Origin: Actinomycetes bacterium
Lineage (GTDB): Bacteria; Actinomycetota; Thermoleophilia; Solirubrobacterales; Solirubrobacteraceae
NCBI GenBank assembly: GCA_021784895.1
Contig: JAJYHG010000001.1
Span: 18,491 to 82,490 of the forward strand
Length of the DNA: 64,000 nt
Reading direction: 5' to 3'
Positions 56,650 to 64,000 of this stretch are shown one piece after another. Each line of letters opens with the position of its first letter. Positions within the stretch are counted from its first letter, which is position 1. The notes under the pieces are model-generated. The model had not been told where the DNA came from. It made no database searches and saw only the letters and a list, made by a program, of their open reading frames with translations. A program made the translations under genes and the position numbers.

Positions 56650-57388
56650 CTTGGCCGGGCGAGGGGTGGCGGTCGCGCTGGTCGTGGCTGCGGGAAGCGG
56701 CGAACGTCTGGGGCTTCCGGGACCAAAGGCGCTTGTCAGGCTCGTTGGGCGACCGATGCTCGACTGGAGCGTTGCGGCCTTGCGTGCGGTCGCGGCGGTT
56801 GACGAGATCGTGGTGGCGATGCCCGCGGGCCATCTCGCCGACGCTCCGGACGGCGTGATCGCCGTGCCTGGCGGGGCCACGCGCTCAGAGTCGGTGCGCG
56901 CCGCGCTCAGCGCAGCGCGCGACTGCGACTTTGTGGTCGTGCACGATGCCGCGCGTGCGCTTGTCACACCGGAGCTGTTCGAGCGGGCGATCGAAGAGCT
57001 CGAGCGCGCCGGCAGCGATGCCGTCGTGGCCGCGGCGCCCGTCACTGACACGATCAAGGAGGTTGCGGCGGGCGGGCGAGCGGTCGAGCGGACGCTCGAC
57101 CGCTCGCTGCTGTGGGCTGTGCAGACGCCGCAGGTCTTCCGGCGCGCCGCGATTGAGCGCGCGCTGTCGGCTTCCGGCGACCTGATCGCGGCGGCGACTG
57201 ATGACGCCTGGCTGGTGGAGCAGTTCGGCGGCTCGGTGATGGTCCTGCCAGCGCCGCCCGACAACTTCAAGATCACCACGCCACTCGATCTCAGGCTCGC
57301 GGAGCTGGTGCTCGCCGAACGGGATGCGGCCAGTGCGCCTGCGGAGCGGCGATCGCACCGGGACGGGCAGCGAGGCACCGAGCGTTGA
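56615..57388 (+). CDS. ispD: 2-C-methyl-D-erythritol 4-phosphate cytidylyltransferase
   Basis: Family motif VALVVAAGSGERLG. The start is uncertain: ATG 56615 overlaps carD, TTG 56651 lies just after the carD stop, and GTG 56666 is also possible. Confidence 0.9.
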   Translation: MAPERGRRWPTSLAGRGVAVALVVAAGSGERLGLPGPKALVRLVGRPMLDWSVAALRAVAAVDEIVVAMPAGHLADAPDGVIAVPGGATRSESVRAALSAARDCDFVVVHDAARALVTPELFERAIEELERAGSDAVVAAAPVTDTIKEVAAGGRAVERTLDRSLLWAVQTPQVFRRAAIERALSASGDLIAAATDDAWLVEQFGGSVMVLPAPPDNFKITTPLDLRLAELVLAERDAASAPAERRSHRDGQRGTER

Positions 57389-57900
57389 ACGGCGAGCGCT
57401 ACCGGGTTGCGACCGGGCTTGGCTACGACTGTCACAGGCTGGTGGCAGGCCGGCCGCTGGTGATCGGCGGGGTTGAGATACCGCACACGCACGGGCTGCT
57501 CGGCCACTCCGATGCTGACGTGCTGACGCACGCGATCATCGATGCGCTGCTCGGCGCGGCCGGGATGGGCGACATTGGCCAGCACTTTCCCGATACCGAC
57601 GAGCGCTACCGCGATGCCGACTCGATCGAGCTACTGCGCGCGACCGTTGGAATGCTCGTCGAGCGGGGATCTGTGGTCGAGCACGTCGATGCCACTGTCG
57701 TGCTCGAGCGGCCACAGCTGGCGCCGTACCGGGCCGCGATCCATGCGCGTCTGTGCACGGCCCTGGGAGTCGATGCCGACCGGCTGAACGTCAAGGCCAC
57801 CCGTGGGGAGGGGATGGGCTTCATCGGGCGCCTAGAGGGTGCAGCCGCGCTCGCGGTGGCGACCGTCACGCTGCCCTCGGGCCCCGCCGCAAAGGGATAG
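57385..57900 (+). CDS. ispF: 2-C-methyl-D-erythritol 2,4-cyclodiphosphate synthase
   Basis: Family segments are GLGYDCHRL and GHSDADVLTHAIIDALLGA. The TTG start overlaps the ispD stop (TTGA). Confidence 0.93.
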   Translation: MNGERYRVATGLGYDCHRLVAGRPLVIGGVEIPHTHGLLGHSDADVLTHAIIDALLGAAGMGDIGQHFPDTDERYRDADSIELLRATVGMLVERGSVVEHVDATVVLERPQLAPYRAAIHARLCTALGVDADRLNVKATRGEGMGFIGRLEGAAALAVATVTLPSGPAAKG

Positions 57901-57910
57901 TTTCTGGGCT

Positions 57911-59266
57911 GTGCGCGAGATCACGCTCCACGACACCCTGCTTGGCGAGGTGGTGCCACTTTGCACCCGTGAGCCCGGCAGGGTTGGGATCTATGCCTGC
58001 GGGCCGACCGTCTACGCGCGCATCCACGTCGGCAATGCACGCCAGTTTGTGGTCTTCTCGCTGTTCAAGCGCTTTCTCCAGCACGAGGGCTACGAGGTGA
58101 CGCTCGTAGCCAACATCACCGACGTCAACGACAAGATCTACGCCGCGGCTGCGGCGGCGGGAGTTGCCTCGCCCGAGCTTGCGGAGGCGATGACCGCCCG
58201 CTACGTCGCCGACACCGACCGCCTCGGCCTCGGGCGCCCGGACCATGAGCCGCTTGCTGGCAACACGGTTGCCGAGATCATCGCCCTGATCCAGGTGCTG
58301 ATCGACGCTGGACACGCCTACACGGCCGATGGTGACGTGTACTTTGCTGTCCGCAGCTACGAGCGCTACGGCGAGCTCTCGCACCGCCGCCTCGACGATC
58401 TCGACCAGGGCGAGGGCGGAGTCGGTGCCGAGCGCAAGCGCGATCCGGTGGACTTCGCGCTGTGGAAGGGGCACAAGCCGGGAGAGGACACATCCTGGGA
58501 TGCGCCCTGGGGCAGGGGCCGTCCCGGGTGGCACATCGAGTGCTCGGCCATGGCGGAGGCCATACTGGGCCTTGACTTTGAGGTGCACGGCGGCGGCACC
58601 GATCTCATATTCCCGCATCACGAGAACGAGGCCGCCCAGACAAGGGCGGCACGCGGAGTGCCGCTGGCTCGGATTTGGATGCACCCGGGGATGGTGCGCT
58701 TGGATAGCGAGAAGATGTCAAAGTCGGCCGGGAACACCTTCCTCCTGCACGCAGCGCTCGACGCCTATGGGCGCGATGCGCTGATCGCATACTTCTGTTC
58801 GGCGCATTACCGAGCACCGATCGAGTTCGACGATGAGCGCCTGCGAGCGGCCGCGGCAGCCGTTGGGCGCCTGCGCGAGGTGGCGCGGCGCGTGGTCCCC
58901 GGGGCATCGCCAGCCTGGTCCGCGCCGCTACGCGAGGAGTTCTTCGGCGCGCTTGCCGAGGACTTCAACACCCCGCGGGCCATGGCCGCGGTGTTTGAGT
59001 GGGTGCGGACCGCCAACCGGGCTAGCGAGGCGGTCGGCGACTACGACCTACGCGAGATGCTGGGCGTGCTAGCGCTCGACAATGTGCTTGAGGCTGATCC
59101 GGCGCGGGGGCAAGCGACGCCACAAGCCCTGGCGCTGATGCGCGAGCGGGAGGCTGCTCGGAGAGAGCGCGACTGGGACCGTGCCGACAGCCTGCGAGAA
59201 GAGCTCCAGCGGCTCGGTTTCGCCGTCCGCGACGGGCCGGACGGGCCCGAGCTGCTGGCGCTGTGA
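57911..59266 (+). CDS. cysS: cysteine--tRNA ligase
   Basis: It has a HIGH-type motif (ARIHVGNAR) and a KMSKS motif (EKMSKSAGN). The chosen start is GTG 57911. Confidence 0.94.
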   Translation: MREITLHDTLLGEVVPLCTREPGRVGIYACGPTVYARIHVGNARQFVVFSLFKRFLQHEGYEVTLVANITDVNDKIYAAAAAAGVASPELAEAMTARYVADTDRLGLGRPDHEPLAGNTVAEIIALIQVLIDAGHAYTADGDVYFAVRSYERYGELSHRRLDDLDQGEGGVGAERKRDPVDFALWKGHKPGEDTSWDAPWGRGRPGWHIECSAMAEAILGLDFEVHGGGTDLIFPHHENEAAQTRAARGVPLARIWMHPGMVRLDSEKMSKSAGNTFLLHAALDAYGRDALIAYFCSAHYRAPIEFDDERLRAAAAAVGRLREVARRVVPGASPAWSAPLREEFFGALAEDFNTPRAMAAVFEWVRTANRASEAVGDYDLREMLGVLALDNVLEADPARGQATPQALALMREREAARRERDWDRADSLREELQRLGFAVRDGPDGPELLAL

Positions 59267-59958
59267 TGATCGTCTACGGGCGCAACGCGGTGCATGAGGC
59301 GTTGCGTGGCCGGCGGACCGTCGGCCAGGTATGGGCCACGAGCGGCGCGAGCCGCGAGCCGTGGCTGGCCGCCACCGGCGCGCTGGTAACGCTCGAGCGT
59401 GCCGAGGAGATCTCCAGACGTGCCGGATCCGACGGCCACCAGGGGATCTGCGCCGAGGTGTCGGACTTCCGCTATGACGACGCCGACGCGCTGCTGCGCG
59501 ATGAGCGCGGCCTGATTGTCGCGCTCGACCAGGTACAGGATCCGCAGAACCTGGGAGCGATCTGCCGGTCCGCTGAGTGTGCGGGTGCGGCCGGGGTTGT
59601 GCTGCCAGAGCGGCGTTCAGCTGAGGTGACCGCCGCCGTGTGCAAGGCCTCAGCAGGGGCCGTTGAGCATCTTCCGCTCGCCCGCGTGCGCAACCTCGCA
59701 GATTTCCTGATCATGGCCAAGGCCCGTGGATTCTGGTGTTACGGGGCAAGTGCCACTGGCGCGCTCGACTACCGGCGGGTCGACCTGACCGGTCCGGTGA
59801 TCCTCGTGCTGGGTTCTGAGGGCGCCGGGCTGCGCCCCCGGGTGGCGGCGGCGTGTGACGCCCTGATTGCGCTGCCACTGCGCGGCCAGATCGGCTCACT
59901 GAGCGTCGCCGCCGCGGCTGCGGTTCTGCTCTACGCGGCCGCCGCCGCTCGCGAGTGA
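59263..59958 (+). CDS. rlmB: TrmH-family 23S rRNA 2'-O-methyltransferase (RlmB-like)
   Basis: SpoU/TrmH motifs are LDQVQDPQNLGAICRSA, LVLGSEGAGL and SLSVAAAAAVLLY. The conserved position after cysS fits. Confidence 0.88.
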   Translation: MMIVYGRNAVHEALRGRRTVGQVWATSGASREPWLAATGALVTLERAEEISRRAGSDGHQGICAEVSDFRYDDADALLRDERGLIVALDQVQDPQNLGAICRSAECAGAAGVVLPERRSAEVTAAVCKASAGAVEHLPLARVRNLADFLIMAKARGFWCYGASATGALDYRRVDLTGPVILVLGSEGAGLRPRVAAACDALIALPLRGQIGSLSVAAAAAVLLYAAAAARE

Positions 59959-60109
59959 GCTCTCGCCCTTGACACGGAGGCGGCATTATGCGAACCTGCC
60001 GCTCATACTAAGCATCAACTGAAGCTTTAGATCAGATGCGAAGCTGGGCTCACTTGGTGGTGCACAGTGGAGCGCCTGGGAGGCAGGAAACAAAACAGGC
60101 AGCGGCGCC

Positions 60110-60838
60110 ATGGGAGGTGACGCGCCACGTAATTCCAACCGCCGCAGCGGGCAGGTCGCGTTACGGCGAAACAAAGGAACGACCGTCGTGGCACGACTTT
60201 CATCTAACCCAAAGGGTCAACTTCAGGTTGAGGATGGATACCTGATCGCGCTGGCTAAGGCCGGTAGCCCCGACGCATACGATCGGCTGGTCCGCCGTTA
60301 TTACGGCTTTGTCCGGCTGAAGGCGTCCTCCTACTTTCTCGCTGGTGGTGACGCGGATGACCTGATCCAGGAGGGGCTTGTGGGCCTCTATAAGGCGATC
60401 CGCGACTACCGCAGCGACCGCGAGTCGAGTTTCCGCAACTTCGCCGAACTCTGCATAACCCGTCAGATCATCACGGCCGTCAAGACTGCTACTCGCAACA
60501 AGCACACGCCCCTGAACCAGTACGTGTCCTTCTCGAGCTCACCGGTCGGGACCGGCTCTGAGGCCGAGCCCACGCTCGATGAGATGATCGCCGGCTCGCC
60601 CGTGCACGACCCTGTCAACCAGGTGATCAGCTCCGAGGAGTTGCGGGCGCTGGTCGGCTGCATCTCAACCTCACTGTCTGAGCTGGAATCGCGTGTGCTC
60701 GCGCTTTACCTCGACGGCCGCTCCTACGAGGAGGTCGGCAGGCGCCTGGACTGCGACTGCAAGACCGTTGACAACGCCCTGCAGCGCGTCAAGCGTAAGG
60801 TGGGCCAGCACCTGGCGTCCAGGGCCGTCGCCGCCTGA
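60110..60838 (+). CDS. sigH: RNA polymerase sigma factor, Firmicutes SigH (Spo0H)-type
   Basis: FAELCITRQIITAVKTATRNKHTPLNQY and LYLDGRSYEEV...TVDNALQRVKRKV are near-identical to the B. subtilis SigH signature segments as I recall them. The GTG at 60188 is preceded by aaagga, would give about 216 aa, and may be the true start. Confidence 0.85.
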   Translation: MGGDAPRNSNRRSGQVALRRNKGTTVVARLSSNPKGQLQVEDGYLIALAKAGSPDAYDRLVRRYYGFVRLKASSYFLAGGDADDLIQEGLVGLYKAIRDYRSDRESSFRNFAELCITRQIITAVKTATRNKHTPLNQYVSFSSSPVGTGSEAEPTLDEMIAGSPVHDPVNQVISSEELRALVGCISTSLSELESRVLALYLDGRSYEEVGRRLDCDCKTVDNALQRVKRKVGQHLASRAVAA

Positions 60839-60846
60839 GGGCTCGG

Positions 60847-61731
60847 TCAGCTGGCGAGCGGTCCGAGATTCGGCTCGTGGCCGTAGGTGCTGAATGCCCC
60901 GAAGCGGGCGAAGCGCGGATGGCTCGGGCCGTGGAAGTCCGACGAGCCTGTGGTGATCAGGCCAAGCTCGCGTGCTCGTGCCACCAGGAGGTCGGTCTGT
61001 GCGCGCGTGTGCGTGGTGTAGAAGGCTTCCACGCCGTCAAGTCCGAAGCTCACGAAACGCTCGAGCGTGGAAGACACCTCGCGCGCCGTGGCCAGATCCC
61101 AGAATGGGTGAGCCCAGACCGCCAGGCCGCCGGCCGCGTGGATCAGCGCGACCGCCTGTGCGACTCCGGGTGCAGCGCGGGCGAGGAAGGCCGGTCTGCC
61201 CTCGGTCAGGTAGGCGACCAGAAAGTCAGTCGGCGTGGTCAGCCGCTCGGCGCGCAGACGCGCCCGGTTGCGCTCCGCGCCCAGCACCGCCGCCGCCAGA
61301 TGGGGACGGCCGATGCTCGCACCCGCTGCCTGACGGTCACGCAGCGGCTGCTCGTCCACGTGCCAGCCGAGTTCCCGTAGCGCCTGTGCCATGCGCTCCA
61401 GACGCGTCGCCCGGTCGCGGCGCGAGCACTCGAGTGCATCCTGGAGGCTCGAGTCCTGCGGATCGACGAGGTAGCCGCACAGGTGCAGGTCGGTGGCCGC
61501 CGCGTCGAGCACCGAGATCTCCACGCCGGTGACCAGCCGCAACCCCTGACTGACAGCCGCGGCGGCCGCCTCCCGCGCGCCGGCGAGGCTGTCGTGGTCG
61601 GTCAGCGAGAACAGCTCGATCCCGGCGCGGGCGGCGGCTCGCACCACCTCTGCGGGGCTGAGCTCGCCGTCGGAGACGGTCGAGTGTCCCTGGAGGTCGA
61701 AACGTGGCGCGGGGCTGGCGGGGGCGGGCAT
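60847..61731 (-). CDS. PHP-domain metal-dependent phosphoesterase (TrpH/YciV-like)
   Basis: Family segments are FDLQGHSTVSDG, LTDHDS and AHP; the C-terminus carries SSDFHG. Confidence 0.85.
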   Translation of the reverse strand: MPAPASPAPRFDLQGHSTVSDGELSPAEVVRAAARAGIELFSLTDHDSLAGAREAAAAAVSQGLRLVTGVEISVLDAAATDLHLCGYLVDPQDSSLQDALECSRRDRATRLERMAQALRELGWHVDEQPLRDRQAAGASIGRPHLAAAVLGAERNRARLRAERLTTPTDFLVAYLTEGRPAFLARAAPGVAQAVALIHAAGGLAVWAHPFWDLATAREVSSTLERFVSFGLDGVEAFYTTHTRAQTDLLVARARELGLITTGSSDFHGPSHPRFARFGAFSTYGHEPNLGPLAS

Positions 61732-61977
61732 TGCGGCTGCGCTGGAGATCGTTGTGTCCGACTGTCGCGGTGGCTGGTCTGGGCGGCTTGTTAGGTCGCC
61801 CTAATCTCTGGTAGCTTTCGCCCTCACCGTGAATCCGACCATCTAACTCGGAATTAAACACGCTCTGGCGGCGGCTCGTCGCGCTCCAGGACCGGATGCC
61901 GCAAGATTTGTCTGTGAGCGCTCGGGCGTCAGGCGCTGTCCGCCGGCGCCAGGGTCGGCGGTGGAGCACCTACCTCT

Positions 61978-62475
61978 GTGATCAACAGCTCGATCCTGGT
62001 GTTCCGGGAGGGCTTGGAGACGATCCTCGTGTTCGCGGCGGTCACCGCCAGCTTCCGCGGTGCCAATACCGCGTACAAGCGGCCGGTGGTGCTCGGCGGA
62101 GCGCTCGGCCTGCTCGCGACCGTGGGCACCTGGTTTGCGGTGGGGAGCCTCTACACCGCGGCGGTCGGCGTGCTGACCTTCTCACTGCACCAGAAGCTGC
62201 CCTACAAGCGGCTTTTGATCGTGACCGGCGGGATGCTCCTGCTGGTGCTGGTCGTGACGGTCGGCGAGGAGGTCAACGAGATGCAGCTAGCGGGCTGGAT
62301 CGGTACGACGCCGCTCGGGCACTGGCCCGGCTGGCTTGGGGCGTGGTTCTCGGTCTTCCCCAACCTGCAGACGGTGGCCGCCCAGCTGGGGGCGGTGACG
62401 GTCGTGATCGGCTCCTATCTGCTGGCGGAGTATCTGCGCGTGGGGCGGCCGCGCCGCCGGGGCCTGCCACACTGA
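61978..62475 (+). CDS. short FTR1 (iron permease)-family-like membrane protein
   Basis: 165 aa, GTG start. The N-terminal TM segment carries the REGLE motif (LVFREGLETILVF). There are about 4 TM segments, roughly half the usual family length. Confidence 0.55.
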   Translation: MINSSILVFREGLETILVFAAVTASFRGANTAYKRPVVLGGALGLLATVGTWFAVGSLYTAAVGVLTFSLHQKLPYKRLLIVTGGMLLLVLVVTVGEEVNEMQLAGWIGTTPLGHWPGWLGAWFSVFPNLQTVAAQLGAVTVVIGSYLLAEYLRVGRPRRRGLPH

Positions 62476-62483
62476 CAGGCGAC

Positions 62484-62556
62484 GCCCGCTTGGCGCAACT
62501 GGTAGCGCACCTCACTTGTAATGAGGCGGTTGTCGGTTCGAGTCCGACAGCGGGCT
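62484..62556 (+). tRNA. tRNA-Thr (anticodon UGU)
   Basis: I hand-folded the cloverleaf. The acceptor stem is GCCCGCT/AGCGGGC, the D stem GCGC/GCGC, and the anticodon stem CCTCA/TGAGG with loop CTTGTAA. The T stem is GTCGG/CCGAC with loop TTCGAGT, and the discriminator is T. No CCA is encoded. Confidence 0.92.
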
Positions 62557-62613
62557 TGCCGAGGTCTCCAGCCCGCGGCGTTCGCTCGTGGGAGACGGGG
62601 CGCCAGTCCGCGT

Positions 62614-64000
62614 ATGCCGGTCAGTACAACCCGGCGGCGCCGGTTGGGATCGCCCGGTCGGCCGTCCGGCTGGAATGATGAGTGTCCGTTGCCGTCACCA
62701 TGGCCAGCCAAGATCACGGGCAGCACCGCGCGCGCCGCCTTCGCCGACGCCGAGCGGCGGCCGCACTGGATTGACACGCTGCCGCGCCGCGACCCGCACC
62801 TGCCGCTCGAGCAGGCGCTCGAGGCTGACCTGTGCATCGTCGGCGGCGGCTTCACCGGGCTCTGGGCGGCGCTGTATGCCAAGCAGCTGGACCCACAGCG
62901 TGAGGTCGTGGTGCTCGAGCAGCTGCGCTGCGGGGCGGGCGCCAGCTCCCGCAACGGCGGCTTCATGAACTACTCGCTGACGCATGGGATCGAGAACGGC
63001 GCGAGCCGCTTCCCGGATGAACTTGGCGTGCTCGAGCGCCTTGGCATGGAGAACTATGACGGCCTGTGTGCTGATCTCGCTCGCTACGGGATTGACGCTG
63101 AGCTAGAGCTCACCGGGGAGATTGACGTGGCGGTCTCAGACGACCAGGTACCGCATCTGCGAGAACGCGCGCGGCTGTTCGAGGAGTTCGGCCAGCGGGC
63201 CGAGCTCCTCGGGCGTGAGGCTCTGCAGGCAGAGATTCGCTCGCCGCTCTACCGCGGCGGCCTCTGGCAGCAGACCGGCGCCGCGATCCTCAATCCGGCC
63301 AAGCTCGCTGACGGGCTGCGGCGGGCTGCCCTCGCCACCGGTGTGCGGATCTTCGAGCACACGCACGTGCACCAGTTGCGCCGCAGCTCCGCCGGGGTCG
63401 ACGTGCTGGCGGGCGCGGGCAGCGTCGCCGCCGCCCGCGTGCTGCTCGCGACCAGCGCCTACGCGCCGCTCGTGCCTGCGATCGGCCGCTACGTGGCACC
63501 GGTCTATGACTATGCGCTGATGACCGAGCCGCTCAGCGGCGCTCAGCTGGAAGCGATCGGCTGGGCCCGGCGCCAGGGCATCGGTGACGCCGGCAACCAG
63601 TTTCACTACTACCGGCTGAGTGCTGATGACCGGATCCTGTGGGGCGGCTACGACGCTGTCTACCGCTACGGCGGACCGGTTGGGCCCCAGCACGACGACC
63701 ACGAGCCGACCTTCACGCGGCTGGCAGCGAACTTCTTCACCAACTTCCCGCAGCTCGAGGGGCTCCGCTTCACTCACCGCTGGGGCGGCGCGATCGACAC
63801 CTGCAGCCGCTTTGCGGTCTTCTTCGGGCGCGCGCTGGGCGGCCGCGTCGTCTACGCGCTCGGATACACCGGGCTCGGGGTGGCCGCCACGCGCTTCGGC
63901 GCCCACACCGGCCTCGACCTGCTGGATGGCCGCCGCACCGAGGTGACCGCGCTCGCGTTCGTGCGCCGCCGCCCCGTTCCGTTCCCGCCCGAGCCGCTGC
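62614..64000 (+). CDS. FAD-dependent oxidoreductase (DAO family), 3'-truncated by window edge
   Basis: I translated this frame by hand and it is open through position 64000, so it is absent from the ORF track. The dinucleotide-binding motif is DLCIVGGGFTGLWAALYA, followed by GAGASSRNGG. The start is uncertain: ATG 62614 or TTG 62689. Confidence 0.8.
   Translation, partial: MPVSTTRRRRLGSPGRPSGWNDECPLPSPWPAKITGSTARAAFADAERRPHWIDTLPRRDPHLPLEQALEADLCIVGGGFTGLWAALYAKQLDPQREVVVLEQLRCGAGASSRNGGFMNYSLTHGIENGASRFPDELGVLERLGMENYDGLCADLARYGIDAELELTGEIDVAVSDDQVPHLRERARLFEEFGQRAELLGREALQAEIRSPLYRGGLWQQTGAAILNPAKLADGLRRAALATGVRIFEHTHVHQLRRSSAGVDVLAGAGSVAAARVLLATSAYAPLVPAIGRYVAPVYDYALMTEPLSGAQLEAIGWARRQGIGDAGNQFHYYRLSADDRILWGGYDAVYRYGGPVGPQHDDHEPTFTRLAANFFTNFPQLEGLRFTHRWGGAIDTCSRFAVFFGRALGGRVVYALGYTGLGVAATRFGAHTGLDLLDGRRTEVTALAFVRRRPVPFPPEPL

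Noticed and set aside
59969-59974. A TTGACA hexamer upstream of sigH as a -35 element.
   Set aside because: No acceptable -10 hexamer sits at 16-19 bp spacing (the candidates are at 9 and 29 bp), so I make no promoter call.

Overview
The window is high-GC, gene-dense bacterial chromosome with about 60 protein genes and one tRNA. I saw no rRNA, CRISPR array, transposase or integrase. Gene content points to a monoderm, Actinomycetota-like organism, possibly a deep-branching lineage, though that placement is inference. The evidence is an actinobacterial-type IHF, CarD, DisA/RadA/ClpC and a secretin-less Tad locus.

Positions 1 to 24 kb are a mixed metabolic and accessory region. It holds:
- a sugar ABC transporter and a PAS-GAF-GGDEF-EAL protein
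- a decayed DUF559 gene and an IHF with a repeat tail
- an orphan alpha-oxoamine synthase and an AlkA-like glycosylase
- a VWA, MoxR and ArsA cluster
- a secreted C5-epimerase-like protein with a poly-Thr tail
- tandem M29 aminopeptidases and a PadR-ABC exporter

From about 24 kb to 61 kb the window follows the classic conserved Gram-positive housekeeping backbone: tilS-hpt-ftsH-folP-folB-folK-coaX-dus-greA-lysS // clpC-radA-disA-carD-ispD-ispF-cysS-rlmB-sigH(Firmicutes-type).

The most interesting feature is a 14.2 kb block (36.6-50.8 kb) inserted exactly at the lysS/clpC junction:
- It is a Tad/Flp pilus operon (tadE-cpaB-tadZ-cpaF-tadB-tadC).
- The operon runs without a break into the first of five tandem GT87/DUF2029 (PimE-like GT-C mannosyltransferase family) paralogs.
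- A large uncharacterised polytopic membrane protein also sits in the block.
- A tiny antisense flp pilin gene is embedded inside the glycosyltransferase array and is preceded by a G9 homopolymer.

I interpret this as a candidate, undescribed pilus-coupled surface or pilin glycosylation module. That reading is a hypothesis only.

Coordinates of non-ORF features were read by hand and may be off by 1-2 nt.
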